This document shows, piece by piece, positions 1 through 12,680 of a stretch of 64,000 bases of DNA (position 1 is the first letter of the stretch; each line of letters starts with the position of its first letter). Source of the stretch: Octopus vulgaris (lineage: Eukaryota); contig OX597818.1 in the NCBI GenBank assembly GCA_951406725.2, positions 55,490,001 to 55,554,000 of the forward strand. The letters run 5' to 3'. Made by a program: the position numbers and the translations under genes. The notes under the pieces were generated by a model. That model saw only the letters and a list, made by a program, of their open reading frames with translations. It was not told where the DNA came from and did not search any database.

Positions 1-125
1 TTCGATTTAAATCTACAAAAGGCCACCTTTCTTCCTGTCTCTTACAAATTTGTAGCTTTGTGTTAAAACTAGGTATAGTTGTTGTTATCATTATTATTAT
101 TATTATTGTTGTTGTTGTTGTTGAA

Positions 126-817
126 AAGGCGACGAGCTGGCAGAAACGTTAGCACGCCGGGCGAAATACTTAGCAGTATTTCATCTGTCGTTATGTTCTG
201 AGTTCAAATTCGGCTGGGGTCGACATTGCCTTTCATCCTTTCGGGGTCGATTAAATAAGTACCAGTTACGCACTGGGGTCGTTGTAATCGACTAGCCCCC
301 TTCCCCACCCACCCCTTAATTTTTCAAGGCCTTGTGCCTATAGTAGAAAGGATTATTTTTTTATTATTGTTGAAGGCGATGCGCTGGCAGAATCGTTAAG
401 GCGCTGGACGAAATGCTAAGCGGTATTTCGCCCGTCGATACGTTCCGAGTTCAGATTTCGCCGAGGTCGACTTTGCCTTTTATCCTTTCGGAGTTCATAC
501 AATGAGTACCAGCTAAGTACTGGGGTCGATGTAATCGACCTTTCTCCACCCCCAAATTTCAGGCCTTGTCTATCGTAGAAAGGATTATTACTAGCGCTTA
601 TAAGGCGGGAAACTAGCAGAATCGTTAGCGCGCTGGACGAAATGCTAAGCGGCATTTCGCCAGTCGCTACGTTCTGAGTTCAAATTCTGCCGAGGTCGAC
701 TTTACCTCTTTCATCCTTTCGGGGTCAACAGAATAAGTATCAGTGAAAAACACTGGGGTCGATGTAATCGATTCACCCCCACCTCCCCCAAGCTGCCCTT
801 GTGACTAAAATTTGAAA

Positions 818-818
<1 letters not shown>
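126..818 (+). mobile_element. Three consecutive SINE-B copies (about 126-352, 373-585, 602-818)
   Basis: Repeated head AAGGCG..GCTGGCAGAA.CGTTAG, B-box-like GAGTTCAAATTC and core GCCTTTCATCCTTTCGGGGTCGA..AAGTACCAG; the same family recurs more than 10 times in the window. Confidence 0.9.
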
Positions 819-1180
<362 letters not shown>

Positions 1181-1182
<2 letters not shown>

Positions 1183-1357
1183 ATTATTATTATTGTTATT
1201 ATTGTTATTATTATTATTATTATTGTTGTTGTTGTTGTTGTTGTACGGATTTTATTCTTCCTAGCTCATAAAAGGGGCGATCTCTTTTCATGGGTCATGT
1301 CGTTGTTGTTGTTATTGCTGCTGGTGATGGTGATGATGGTGGTGGTGGTGCTGACCC

Positions 1358-1388
<31 letters not shown>

Positions 1389-1832
1389 ACATGCCAGCGT
1401 TGAGGCCTAATTTTGCTTTCTTCCCTTTTCCTACCAATGAGTGTATTCGGGGGCATTGCGTTCATCTTGAAAAAAAAAAAAAAGATTCAGGCACATTCTG
1501 ACAGCAGCGGCAACAACAGCACTCTCATGACAACAACAATAAAACTACTACCACCACTATTACTACCACCACCACCACCACTACTACTACTATCCCCACC
1601 ACCACCACTACTACTACTACTACCATCACCACCACCACCACCACCAACACCACTACTACTAACACCGCCACCACCACCACTACTAACACCGCCACCACCA
1701 CTACTACCACCACCACCACCACTACTACCACCACCACTATTAATACTAATACCACCACCACCACCAATACTACTACCACTACCACCACTACTAACCACAC
1801 TACCACCACCACCACCACCACCTCCACTACTA

Positions 1833-1893
<61 letters not shown>

Positions 1894-2217
1894 AGTATTA
1901 GTAATTATGGTGTTGTCTTAGTCAGCCCTAATAAACTCGACCAATGATCTTATGTTGTTGCTATTATTGTTCGTGGTGGTGGTGGCGGCGGCGGCAGTGG
2001 TAGTGGTGGTGGCGGCAGTAGTAGTGGTGGTGGCGGCAGCAGTGGTAGTGTTGGTGGTGGTGGCGGCGGCAGTGGTGGTCGTAGTGGTGGTGGTGACATT
2101 GGTGATAGAGGCAGCGGGTTACAGACGCTTACGAACAGCCGTTTGCAGCATTGTGTTGATATCGATGTTGATGGATGTCGTTTATTGTAGTTGATACCGT
2201 TGTTGTTCGTGATGATA

Positions 2218-2256
<39 letters not shown>
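1181..2256. repeat. Compound trinucleotide low-complexity block (TTA/TTG, CCA/CTA, GTG/GCG, GAT)
   Basis: Directly visible; explains the poly-P/L/V/G ORFs. Confidence 0.95.
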
Positions 2257-2810
2257 GGGGGACCAATTTCTGTTGATGGTGGTGATAGTGGTGACGAAGG
2301 TCAGTATTGAAGGGGTTGTGTGGCGGCCGAGTGACAAGGCGCCACAATTAACCTAATAACTTGTTAGCTATGGCACGTCTTTCTTACATCGTCTGCTTAC
2401 ATCGTCTGCTCGTCAGTGAGTCTAGTCAGGGCTTAAAGCAAAGCAAAGCCAACCCACGACTGCTTCAACTATTAACACCAAATTCGCTTTATTTATTTAT
2501 CTATTTATTTATACCTTTCACCAACCTGCCCTTCACTGAGCAGCCCCACTTCTGCTTGCCATTTTGTTCTTGGATGTGCTTAATGTTAAGCGTTATTTAG
2601 AATATTTGAATTATATCACGCATCTGTCTAAATGTTTATCGTTATATTTTCTAAAAGTCAAAACAAAGCAATTCATAGATTAAAAAAACAAACAGGTTAA
2701 TTGCATTACCTGGGTATTTCAATATTTCAGAGTTGAGACATAATCCTCAAGAACTCTTTGGAGAAAAGTTGGTGTCATGAACACTATATTCTACATCTAT
2801 CTGTCTATCT

Positions 2811-3030
2811 AGCTGGCAGAAACGTTAGCGCGCCGGGCGAAATGCGTAGCCGTATTTCGTCTGTCGATGCGTTCCGAGTTCAAATTCCGTCGAGGTCGAC
2901 TTTGCCTTTCATCCTTTCGGGGTCGATAAATTAAATACCAGTTACGCACTGGGGTCGATGTAATCGACTTAATCCGTTTGTCTGTCCTTGTTTGTCCCCT
3001 CTGTGTTTAGCCCCGTGTGGGTAATAAAAA
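2811..3030 (+). mobile_element. SINE-B copy
   Basis: Matches the other SINE-B copies, including the CTTAATCCGTTTGTCTGTCC tail. Confidence 0.9.
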
Positions 3031-3050
3031 AATCTATCTATCTATCTATT

Positions 3051-3274
3051 TCTTTTATTTGTTTCAGTCATTTAACTGCGGCCATGCTGGAACACCGCCT
3101 TTAGTCGAGCAAATCGACCCCAGGACTTATTCTTTGTAAGCCTAGTACTTATTCTATCGGTCTCTTTTGCCGAAACGCTAGGCGACGGGGACGTAAGCAC
3201 ACCAGCATCGGTTGTCAAGCGATGTTGGGGGGGGGGGCTAACACAGACACACAAACATGCATACACAAATATAA

Positions 3275-3324
<50 letters not shown>

Positions 3325-3441
3325 GACGGGCTTCATTCAGTTTCCGTCTACCAAATCCACTGACAAGGCTTTGGTCGGCCCGAAGCTATAGTAGAAGACA
3401 CTTGCCCAAGGTGCCACGAAGTGGGAATGAACCCGGAACCA
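3051..3441 (-). mobile_element. SINE-A copy (tRNA-like head, internal (TA)n, CR1-like tail)
   Basis: Reverse complement of the copy at 5654-6092; head truncated. Confidence 0.9.
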
Positions 3442-3756
3442 TAAACGATAAATAAAAGTTGTAGAAGAAGAATAAAGCTACAGAAAACAAAAAACAAAAC
3501 AATAAAATAAAAAACTACAATAAAAATATTTTTCGAGTTTATACAAATAACATTGGAAAAGATTAATATGTAATATGAAAAGAAACGAACGAATTTATCT
3601 GACAATCCAATATGACGTTCTGTGCAAATCCTGCATTGCCTGTTTATAAGCCACTTAAGTTCTACTTTGTTTATATCAGTTTAACCATTAAAGCTCTCCG
3701 TTGGTCAGTGTTGATTACATATCTATCTACACGTGTTTCTACAAAGCTTGACAAAA

Positions 3757-3905
3757 GTTTCTTTCTTTCATTTTTTCTTTCTTTCTTTCTTTCTTTCTTT
3801 ATTTATTTATTTCCTTCCTTCCTTCCTTCTTTCCTTCCTTCCTTCCTTCCTTTCTTTCTTTCTTTCTTCCTTTCTTTCCTCCCCCCTCCCTTCTTTCTTT
3901 CTTTT

Positions 3906-3947
<42 letters not shown>

Positions 3948-3978
3948 TTCCTTCCTTCCTTTCTTTCTTTCTTCCTTC

Positions 3979-4010
<32 letters not shown>

Positions 4011-4087
4011 TTTCCTTCCTTCCTTCCTTCCTTCTTTCTTTCTTTGTTTCTTTGTTTCTTTCTTCCTTTCTTTGTTTCTTTCTTTCT

Positions 4088-4123
<36 letters not shown>

Positions 4124-4472
4124 TCCTTCCTTCCTTCCTTCCTTCCTTCCTTCTTTCTTTCTTTCTTTCTTTGTTTCTTTCTTTCTTCTTTCCTTCCTTC
4201 CCTTCCTTCCTTTCCTTCCTTCCTTCCTTCCTTCCTTTCCTTCCTTCCTTCCTTCCTTCCTTCCTTCCTTCTTTCTTTCTTTCTTTCTTTCTTTCTTTGT
4301 TTCTTTCTTTCTTCCTTTCTTTCTTTCTTTCTTTTCTTTCTTTCTTTCTTTCTTCCTTCCTTCCTTCCTTCCTTTCTTTCTTTCTTTCTTTCTTCCTTTC
4401 TTCCTTCTTTCTTTGTTTCTTTTTTTCTTTCTTTCTTTCTTTCTTTCTTTCTTATTTATTTATTTACTTATT
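3757..4472. repeat. About 715 bp (CTTT/CCTT)n polypyrimidine tract
   Basis: Directly visible. Confidence 0.98.
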
Positions 4473-4662
4473 TACTGAGAAAGATTGGCAGTTACCAATG
4501 CATACATTCCTCCTCTCTCCGCGCCGCCAATATTTATCCAAGAGAAAGGCCGCCGACTTGATCCGATACAGCTCGGCACCAGTGTCATCACAGACGATAC
4601 TGTCAGAAGGCAACGGACCGCCAGAATAAATACCGCAAGGCATCTCGCATGACCATCTAATA

Positions 4663-5236
4663 CTGTGGTTCTCAACCATTCTTTGCCTTTGGACCGCTTT
4701 TGTACCAATTTTATTTGTATTCGCCCCCCCCCCCCCGAAGCCATTCGATGTTTGAAAAATCTTATTATATTTGTATATTTCTTGTTTTACTTGTTTCAGT
4801 CATCAGACTGCGGCCATGCTGGAGTTTAGTCGAACAAATAGACTCCAAGACTTATTTTTTCAAAGCCTAGTTCTTATTCTATCGGTCTCTTTTGCCAAAA
4901 CACTAGGTTACGGGGGACGTAAACACACCAGTACTGGTTGTAAAGTAATGGTGACACAAACACACACACATATACGACGGGCTTCTTTCAGTTTCCGTCT
5001 ACCAAATCCACTGACAAGGCTTTGGTTGGCCCGAGGCTATAGTAGAAGACACTTACCAAAGGTGCCACGCAGTGAGACTGAACCCGGAACCGTGTGGTTG
5101 GGAAGCAAGCTTTTTACCACACAACCACAGGAATTGTATAACAAAATTGTTTAAAAAATGTGTTTATTACTATAAGAGTCCAGCAAATTTATTGCACATA
5201 AGAAAATCTTATGTGGACCCCAGTTGAAAGCCACTG
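4663..5236. mobile_element. hAT-like MITE interrupted by SINE-A (about 4781-5128, minus strand)
   Basis: Ends CTGTGGTTCTCAACC ... AGTTGAAAGCCACTG resemble CAGTGGTTCTCAAC-type TIRs. Confidence 0.6.
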
Positions 5237-5511
5237 CATTAAATTGTTCTGGCAAATCCACCGCCTTGGATTAGTACCATTTTATCGACTCCGAAATGAC
5301 AAATGGTAAATTTCAGGTGTGATTTGAACTCAGAACGGAAAAAGACGGAATAAATACCATGAAGCATTTTATCCAAAAGACAAGCGACTCTGCATTTGTT
5401 TAGTCTTTTATTCACTGTCGCCAGTTAAGAGGCGTTGACCATGAAGAATAAAACAAAATGAGACCGTGCACGCACGGAAGCTATCAAGAACCAGTGAGGG
5501 AGCATCCACGT

Positions 5512-5816
5512 CTGTAGTTTTCAATCGGGGTCTGTAAGATCCCTGGAGATCCTCTGGAGATCCATGTAAGATTCTGTTGTTAATGTTTATGCACAATAAA
5601 TTGGTTTTGCTTGTGCAAAATATTAAATATTTTAAGAATTTTCTTTTGTACAAAGGCGCAGGAGTGGCTGTGTGGTAAGTAGCTTGCTTACGAACCACAT
5701 GGTTCTGGGTTCAGTCCCACTGCGTGGCACTTTGTGCAAGTGTCTTCTACTATAGCCTCGGGCCGACCAAAGCCTTGTGAGTGGATTTGGTAGACGGAAA
5801 CTGAAAGAAGCCCGTC

Positions 5817-5876
<60 letters not shown>

Positions 5877-6251
5877 ATGTGTGTGTATATGTTTGTATGT
5901 CTGTGTTTGTCCCCCCAACATCGCTTGACAATCGATGCTGGTGTGTTTACATCCCGTAACTTAGCGGTTCGGCAAAAGAGACCGATAGAATAAGTACTAG
6001 GCTTACAAAGAATAAGTCCTGGGAGCGATTTGCTCGACTAAAGGCGGTGCTCCAGCATGGCCACAGTCAAATGACTGAAACAAGTAAAAGATAAATGAAT
6101 GAGTAAAAGAATTCTTGATAATATTTAAGAATCAAAATCTAATGGGATTCTTCAAAGCATCAAATGTCTATGAGTGCCCGCTCGAGGGTTTACCCTAATA
6201 AAATAGGAATCAAAGGGGTTCGATAGGATGGGGAACGGTTGAGAACCACTG
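5512..6251. mobile_element. hAT-like MITE interrupted by SINE-A
   Basis: Ends CTGTAGTTTTCAATC ... GGTTGAGAACCACTG. Confidence 0.6.
5654..6092 (+). mobile_element. Full-length SINE-A
   Basis: A-box-like TGGCTGTGTGG, B-box GGTTCAGTCCC, CORE-like CTTTGTGCAAGT, internal (TA)n(TG)n, tail ending CAGTCAAATGACTGAAACAAGTAAAAG. Confidence 0.95.
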
Positions 6252-6467
6252 GGTTACTTAACATGCAAGAAACAGCAATGAAGTCTCCCTCAAACCACGC
6301 CCAGTCGTCTTAAAAGTTAGAAGACGGAATGCTCTTGTCTAGAATGCCTTTGTTCATAGGACTGGATCGGGGATAATCTGGGATCTCAAGCTGTCGTTTG
6401 TGCCAAAAAGAATGTAAGCACTCGGATCTATTACCAAACATATTTCTTCATATTTTTGGTTAAGTGT

Positions 6468-6778
6468 GAAGGCGCGTGGCTTAGTGGTTAGGGCATTCGG
6501 CTCATGATCGTAAGGTCGTGAGTTCAATTCCCGGCGACACGTTGTGTCCTTGGGCAAGACACTTTATTTCACGTTGTCCCAGTCCACTCAGCTGGCAAAA
6601 ATGAGTTGTACCTGTATTTCAAAGGGCCAGCCTTGTCACACTGTATCTCCCTGAGAACTACGTTAAGGGTACATGTGTCTGTGGAGTGCCCAGCCACTTG
6701 CACGTTAATTTCACGAGCAAACTGTTCCGTTGATCGTATCAGCTGGGACCCTCGTCGTCGTCACCGACGGAGTGCTCC
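6468..6778 (+). mobile_element. SINE-D (tRNA head plus CORE-like segment) with tail type A
   Basis: TGGCTTAGTGGTTAG...GAGTTCAATTCCC, then GTGTCCTTGGGCAAGACAC; tail shared with the SINE-C copies at 34886 and 44040. Confidence 0.85.
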
Positions 6779-7081
6779 TTGGTCAAGTACGTTCGTTTGT
6801 GTTGTAGGAGCACATTACCATGATTTGTGAACATTATTCCAATATATATTCCAATCCGGTTAATGCAACTGAGACAGTTCGCTGGCCGCAGTTCAATCTA
6901 CACAGCCTTGGTTTTCTTTTTATCTCATTATGAAAAAAAATTCTTATATACACACGCTGACATATGACCAACGTTGAACCCCTTATTCGCATAATCACGG
7001 AACCTGGAACTTCATTATGGTCTATCTATAGCACTTATTCAGCATTACCTGACACCTTTGGGTCTCAATGACACCTCTCAT

Positions 7082-7129
<48 letters not shown>

Positions 7130-7226
7130 TATTGAAATGAATTATCTTGTTACGGATTATTCAAAATTTAACCGATACCTGGGTAGCAAAAATCACAACA
7201 GAAAAAACACGGTTGAGGTTACGACC

Positions 7227-7259
<33 letters not shown>

Positions 7260-7300
7260 TGTATGTATGTATGTATGTATGTATGTATGTATGTATGTGT

Positions 7301-7585
7301 GGAGGCACATGGCCTAGTGGTTAGAACAGCGGACTCACGGTCGAGGGATCGCGGCTTCGAGTCTCAGACCGGGCGATGTGTGTGTTTATGAGAGAAACGC
7401 GGCTCCGCAAGAAGGTAATGGCGAGCTTCTACTGACTTTTCGCCACAACTTTCTCTCACACTTTCCTTCTGCATCTTGCAGCTCACCTGCGACGGACCGA
7501 CGTCCCGTCCAGGTGGGGAACCTATACGGCAAGGAAACCGGGAAACCGGCCCTTATGGGCCAGGCATGGATCGAGAAGGAACAAA
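7301..7585 (+). mobile_element. SINE-C (tRNA-Arg-like head) with V-domain-like tail
   Basis: Head GGAGGCACATGGCCTAGTGGTTAG; tail CCTGCGACGGACCGACGTCCCGTCCAGG...GGAAACCGG. Confidence 0.8.
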
Positions 7586-8029
7586 CAATATATATATATA
7601 TATTGTTTTAACATAGCACGTCCATTAAATATGTTAGCTCAGGACGAATACCGCAACAAATGATCTATCAACGATATACATGCTAGTAGTTCTTAACTGT
7701 GCCAGATTAAAAACTTGGATTTCTTTTTAGGGAGCTGCACCAAAAAAAGCAAAATTTATTGTATCTACTGAGGGAAAACCGTTGGGGCGCCGGAAGGATG
7801 CTTGAGGGCCGTATGAGGCCCTGGAAGTCGCCGTTGAGAATCGCTGGTATATACATTAAGTGTAATACACAAACGTTATAGATTGCAATATAGGTCAGAT
7901 TTAAACGTATAGGGTCAACAGAGTTGGGTATTTTATGGCCTTTGAGAAGAAAATGTAGAACTGTAGGCTCCGAGAAAGAGAACTAGAGATTGTAAGGCCT
8001 AGCGTTAGTGTGACAGTTTTAGGTGTATT

Positions 8030-8333
8030 ATCACCGTGATCGACCAGGCCATCAGATGTTGTTACACATCGCTGGTCACAATGTGCTTCGCATTGTTTTA
8101 GCCTTCAAATGACGCCACCCCGCTGGCTAAGCGAGCAGGCCAACAGAAGAAAGAGTGAGCGAAAGTTGTGGCGAAAGTGTACAGCAGGGATCGCCACCAC
8201 CCCCTGCCAGAGCCTCGTGGAGCTTTTAGGTGTTTTCGCTCAATAAACACTCACAACGCCCGGTCTGGGAATCGAAACCGCGATCCTACGACCGCGAGTC
8301 CGCTGCCCTAACCACTAGGCCATTGCGCCTCCA
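8030..8333 (-). mobile_element. SINE-C with tail type B
   Basis: Same head as 35266 and 44040; tail shared with 18802-19088. Confidence 0.88.
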
Positions 8334-8736
8334 CAGGTGTATTATACATTCCGTAAATGGGTGTTTAGCGTTTGTGTCACTACTGGGACTAGTCAGCTCT
8401 TCTACTGCGCTGAAACAAACATCAATAGATACGATTTTCTTCTGGCTGATTCGAAACTGGTAAATGAAGAGACTTTCCGACAAAGTTTGATACACGTGGA
8501 TATCTTATGCATGTGGTTTGTCAATATGGCTCTTGGAGTATCAGCGGAGTGAAATGTCGCCTTTCAGTAAGTAAATTAACATCCCAATACTGCACCGTGT
8601 ATGGTGTGATGACTGTGTTTCAATAATTTGATATACTCCGTTGCATAGAAATAAATAACATTTGGTGGATGATGTAAGCGAAGTAATGTAACCCAGAACA
8701 GACGATATATGAAATAAATCATTATATACTCGTATC

Positions 8737-9242
8737 AAGGCGGCGAGCTGGCAGAATCGTTAGCACGCCGGGCAAAATGCTTTGCGGTATTTCGTCCGTC
8801 TTCATGTTCTGAGTTCAAATTCCACTAAGATTGACTTTGTCTTTCGTCCTTTCAACAGTCAATAAAGTAAGTTATTTCTTTATTGCCCACAAGGGGCTGA
8901 ACATAGAGGGGACAAACAAGGACAGACAAACGGATTAAGTCGATTACATCGACCCCAGTGCATAACTGGTACTTATTTAATCGACCTTGAAAGGATGAAA
9001 GGCAAAGTCGACCTCGGCGGAATTTGAACTCAGAATGTAAAGACAGATGAAATACCTATTTTTTCACTACCCACAAGGGGCTAAACATAGAGAGGACAAA
9101 CGGATTAAGTTAATTACATCGACCACAGTGCGTAACTGGTACTTATTTAATCGACCCCAAAAGGGTGAAAGGCAAAGTCGACCTCGGCGGAATTTGAACT
9201 CAGAACGTCACGGCAGACGAAATACCTATTTTTTTACTACCC
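8737..9242. mobile_element. SINE-B: plus-strand partial copy (8737-8870) facing tandem minus-strand bodies (8873-9242)
   Basis: Sequence match to SINE-B; junction GAAATACCTATTT occurs twice. Confidence 0.85.
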
Positions 9243-9314
9243 TTATTCTATCGGTCTCTCTTTTTGCCGAACCGCTAACAAACCGGCATCGGTTGTCAAG
9301 CGATGCTGGGGAGA

Positions 9315-9413
<99 letters not shown>

Positions 9414-9535
9414 GGCGGGCTTCTTTCAGTTTCCGTCTACCAAATTCACTCACAAGGCTTTGGTCGGCCCGAGGCTATAGTAGAAGACACTTGCCCAAGA
9501 TAATACGCCAGCTACTTACCACACACCCACTCCTG
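9241..9535 (-). mobile_element. Partial SINE-A
   Basis: Sequence match to SINE-A. Confidence 0.85.
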
Positions 9536-9584
9536 TATATATATATATATATATATGCCTATGTTAATATAAGTCTTTGTGTAC

Positions 9585-9871
9585 AACCGTGGAGATTGGC
9601 GACGTACCGTAAAAGAGGGAACACTAAGGAGTAACAGGAGAAAGGAGAAATAGAAAGACAAGAAAAGACGTCAACAAGAAACTATGACATTACAACCAGC
9701 CAGGAACAGTCTTCGCTACATTTGCGGTACCTGCCAGAGGGAGTGTTTGTCCAGGATAGGACTACACAGCCACAGCAGGAAATGTATCAGGACATGAAAT
9801 GTAAAAACCGGACTAGATTATTTTATGCGCAACTCCATTGTGTCCCGAGACAAAAAGGATGCCAACAACAA
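9585..9871 (+). mobile_element. 3' end of an RTE-clade LINE with a C-terminal zinc-finger-like motif
   Basis: Reads NRGDWRRTVKEG...*...YICGTCQRECLSRIGLHSHSRKCIRT* (one internal stop; ends 9797), followed by a short 3'UTR and a (CAA)n tail. Confidence 0.8.
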
Positions 9872-10540
9872 TGTGTACATAAATGTATGCATGTGTAATG
9901 GTATGTTTGCATGTTGTTGTGTTAGCATGTGTGTGTGTGTATGTGTGTATTTACGTGCGTGTATGTATGTATCTGTGTGTGTGTTTATGTGCATGCATGT
10001 GTAATTATGTGCGTGTGTATGTTTGTATGTTTGTGTATGCATGTGTGTATGTTTGTGTGTTTGTGTATGCATTTGTGTATATGTGTTTGTGTATGCATGT
10101 GTGTATATGTGTGTGTGTATGTTTGTGTGTTTGTGTATGCATGTGTGTATGTGTTTGTGTGTTTGTATATGCATGTGTGTATATGCATGTGTGTAAATGC
10201 ATGTGTGTATATGCATGTGTGTATATTTGTGTATGCATGTGTGTATATGTGTGTGTGTATGTTTGTGTGTTTGTGTATGCATGTGTGTATGTGTTTGTGT
10301 GTTTGTGTATGCATGTGTGTATATGTGCGTGTGTATGTTTGTGTGTTTGTGTATGCATGTGTGTGTGTGTATGTTTGTGTATGCATGTGTGTATATGCGT
10401 GTGTGTATGTTTGTGTATGCATGTGTGTATATGCGTGTGTGTATGTTTGTGTGCTTGTGTATGCATGTGTGTACATGTGTATATGTCTATGTATGTCTGT
10501 GTATGTATGTGTGCGTGTGTATGTGTGTATATGTGTGTAC
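9872..10540. repeat. Compound (TG)n/TATGCATG microsatellite
   Basis: Directly visible. Confidence 0.95.
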
Positions 10541-10983
10541 GTTGCGTGTTGCTGGGGTTAGAGGTAAACACCAGTAGGTCATTACTACAACATGACATTC
10601 TATCATATATCACATACTGATGATCTCCACGATATCCGATCTGACACGTGATATCAAATGTCCCTCTGTGACCTCATACAATAATACATCATAGACAACA
10701 ACCAACACATCCTGTGGGGATGCAGAGAAGGGCAGTTGATACTCTGTGAGCAGATCAATAATCAAGAGTGTTCCTACCATGACTTTCGCATTTATTACGC
10801 ATTTATTCTCAGATGGTATGGCCGTGTGGTAAACAATTTGCTTCCCAGCCACATCGTTTGGGGTACTGTCCCACTCTGGGCAAGTATCTCCTACAATAGC
10901 AAGTCGACCAAAACTTTGTCAGTGGATTTCGTAGATGGAAAGTGAAAGGTGTGTGTATGTATGTATGTATGTATGTATCTATA

Positions 10984-11049
<66 letters not shown>

Positions 11050-11117
11050 GTTGAACCGTTAATTTCTATACATTTTTCCTCTCCGTTTTTTCTTCGTCTT
11101 AATCCCTTCTGTTGAAG

Positions 11118-11845
11118 AGCGTGCAGGCCCAGGCGTGGCTGTGCGCAGGCGCGGACGTGGCTGTGTACAGGCACAGGCGTGACTGTATGCAGGCGTGGCT
11201 GTATGCGGGCGTGGCTGTGTGCAGGCCCAGGCGTGGCTGTGTGCAGGCACAGGCGTGGCTTTATGCAGGCGTGGCTGTGTGCGGGCGTAGCTGTGTGCAG
11301 GCGCAGGCATGGCTGCGTGCAGGCGCAGGCGTGGCTGTATGCAGGCGTGGCTGTGTGCAGGCGCAGGCATGGCTATGTGCAGGCGTAGCCGTGTGCAGGC
11401 GTGGCTGTGTGCGGGCGTGGCTGTATGCAGGCGTGGCTGTGTGCAGGCGCAGGCGTGGCTGTGTGCGGGCGTAGCTGTGTGCAGGCGTGGCTGTAATTAG
11501 GCGTGGCTGTGTGCGGGCGTGGCTGTATGCAGGCGTGGCTGTGTGCAGGCGTGGCTGTGTGCAGGCGCAGGCGTGGCTGTGTGCGGGCGTAGCTGTGTGC
11601 AGGCGCAGGCATGGCTGTGTGCAGGCGCAGCCGTGGCTGTGTGCGGGCGTGGCTGTGTGCAGGCGCAGGCGTGGCTTTATATAGGCGTGGCTGTGTGCGG
11701 GCGTGACTGTGAGCAGGCGCAGGCATGGCTGTGTGCAGGCGCAGGCGTGGCTGTGTGCAGGCGCAGGTGTGGCTGTATGCAGGCGCGGTTGTGCGTGGGC
11801 GCGGGCGCTGCTGTGTGCAGGCGTGGGCGTGGCTGTGTGCAGGCT
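11118..11845. repeat. GC-rich minisatellite, 16-bp unit GCAGGCGTGGCTGTGT with 22-bp variants
   Basis: Directly visible tandem array. Confidence 0.95.
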
Positions 11846-11990
11846 CTGTCTGAATTTTTAACCCCATGACCACGGTTTTTTAGCAGGCAACTAGGTTGCA
11901 CTGACGATAATCATCTTGGCCGAGATCAGCAATTAGTGCACGACAACGGTTCGGCGTATAACTATACGCCAACCGATTTAAAACATGCAC

Positions 11991-12387
11991 TCTTTTACCC
12001 TTTTATTTGTTTCAGTCATTTGACTGTGGCCATACTGGAGCACCGCCTTTTAGTCGAGCAAATCGACCCCAGGACTTTGTAAGCATAGTACTTATTCTAT
12101 TGGTCTCTTTTGCCGAACCGCTAAGTTACGGGGGCGTAAACACACCAGCATCGGTTGTCAAGCGATGTTGGGGTGACAGACACACAAACGTATGGACACG
12201 CACGCACACACACACACATACATATATACGACAGGCTTCTTTCAGTTTCCATCTACCAAATCCTCTCACAAGGCTTCGGTCGGCCCGAGGCTATAGTAGA
12301 AGTGCCCAAGGTGCCACGCAGTGGGACTGAACCCGGAATCATGTGGTTCGTAAGCAAGCAACTTACCACACAGCCACTCCTACGCCT
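11991..12387 (-). mobile_element. Full-length SINE-A
   Basis: Sequence match to SINE-A. Confidence 0.92.
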
Positions 12388-12390
12388 ATA

Positions 12391-12430
12391 AAACGTTTCG
12401 GCTGATTTAATCTCCAGCCTTCATCAGGTG
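12391..12430 (-). ncRNA. Hammerhead ribozyme motif, 3' strand of helix I missing
   Basis: Minus strand CAC-CTGATGA-A-GGCTG(GAGATTAAAT)CAGCC-GAAA-CG-TT. Confidence 0.7.
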
Positions 12431-12488
12431 ACCTGGTGGAATTTTGAACCCGACCCTGGTTCCTCATTCTTAAGGTATTTTTTGATGA

Positions 12489-12570
<82 letters not shown>

Positions 12571-12680
12571 ATTATTATTATTTATTCAAGTCACTGCGTA
12601 GAATTGAACACGGAATCTCGGGGTTAGTAGCCCGCGCCCTTAATCACTACGCTTTATACCTGTGGGCATATAGCGTAGGG
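12391..12680 (-). mobile_element. tRNA-headed element carrying (AAT)n and a hammerhead motif
   Basis: Minus-strand head at about 12585-12660: AGCGTAGTGATTAAG...GGG-CTACTAA-CCC...GTGTTCAATTC, then (AAT)n, a body and the HHR. Confidence 0.6.

Noticed and set aside
1413-1901. Proline/leucine-rich ORF and antisense Gly/Ser or Val ORFs
   Set aside because: Pure CCA/CTA repeat translation, open in several frames, with no splice or domain support.
3612-4629. Long F/L/S/P ORFs and a possible exon after the pyrimidine tract
   Set aside because: Translation of (CTTT)n; the sequence after it has no convincing donor and ends in decayed SINE-B-like sequence.
5654-5730. tRNA genes at SINE heads (also 6468, 21607, 44040)
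   Set aside because: A/B boxes are present but no complete cloverleaf, and each continues into a SINE body.
11059-11873. Repetitive Cys/Ala/His-rich ORFs
   Set aside because: Minisatellite, open on both strands.
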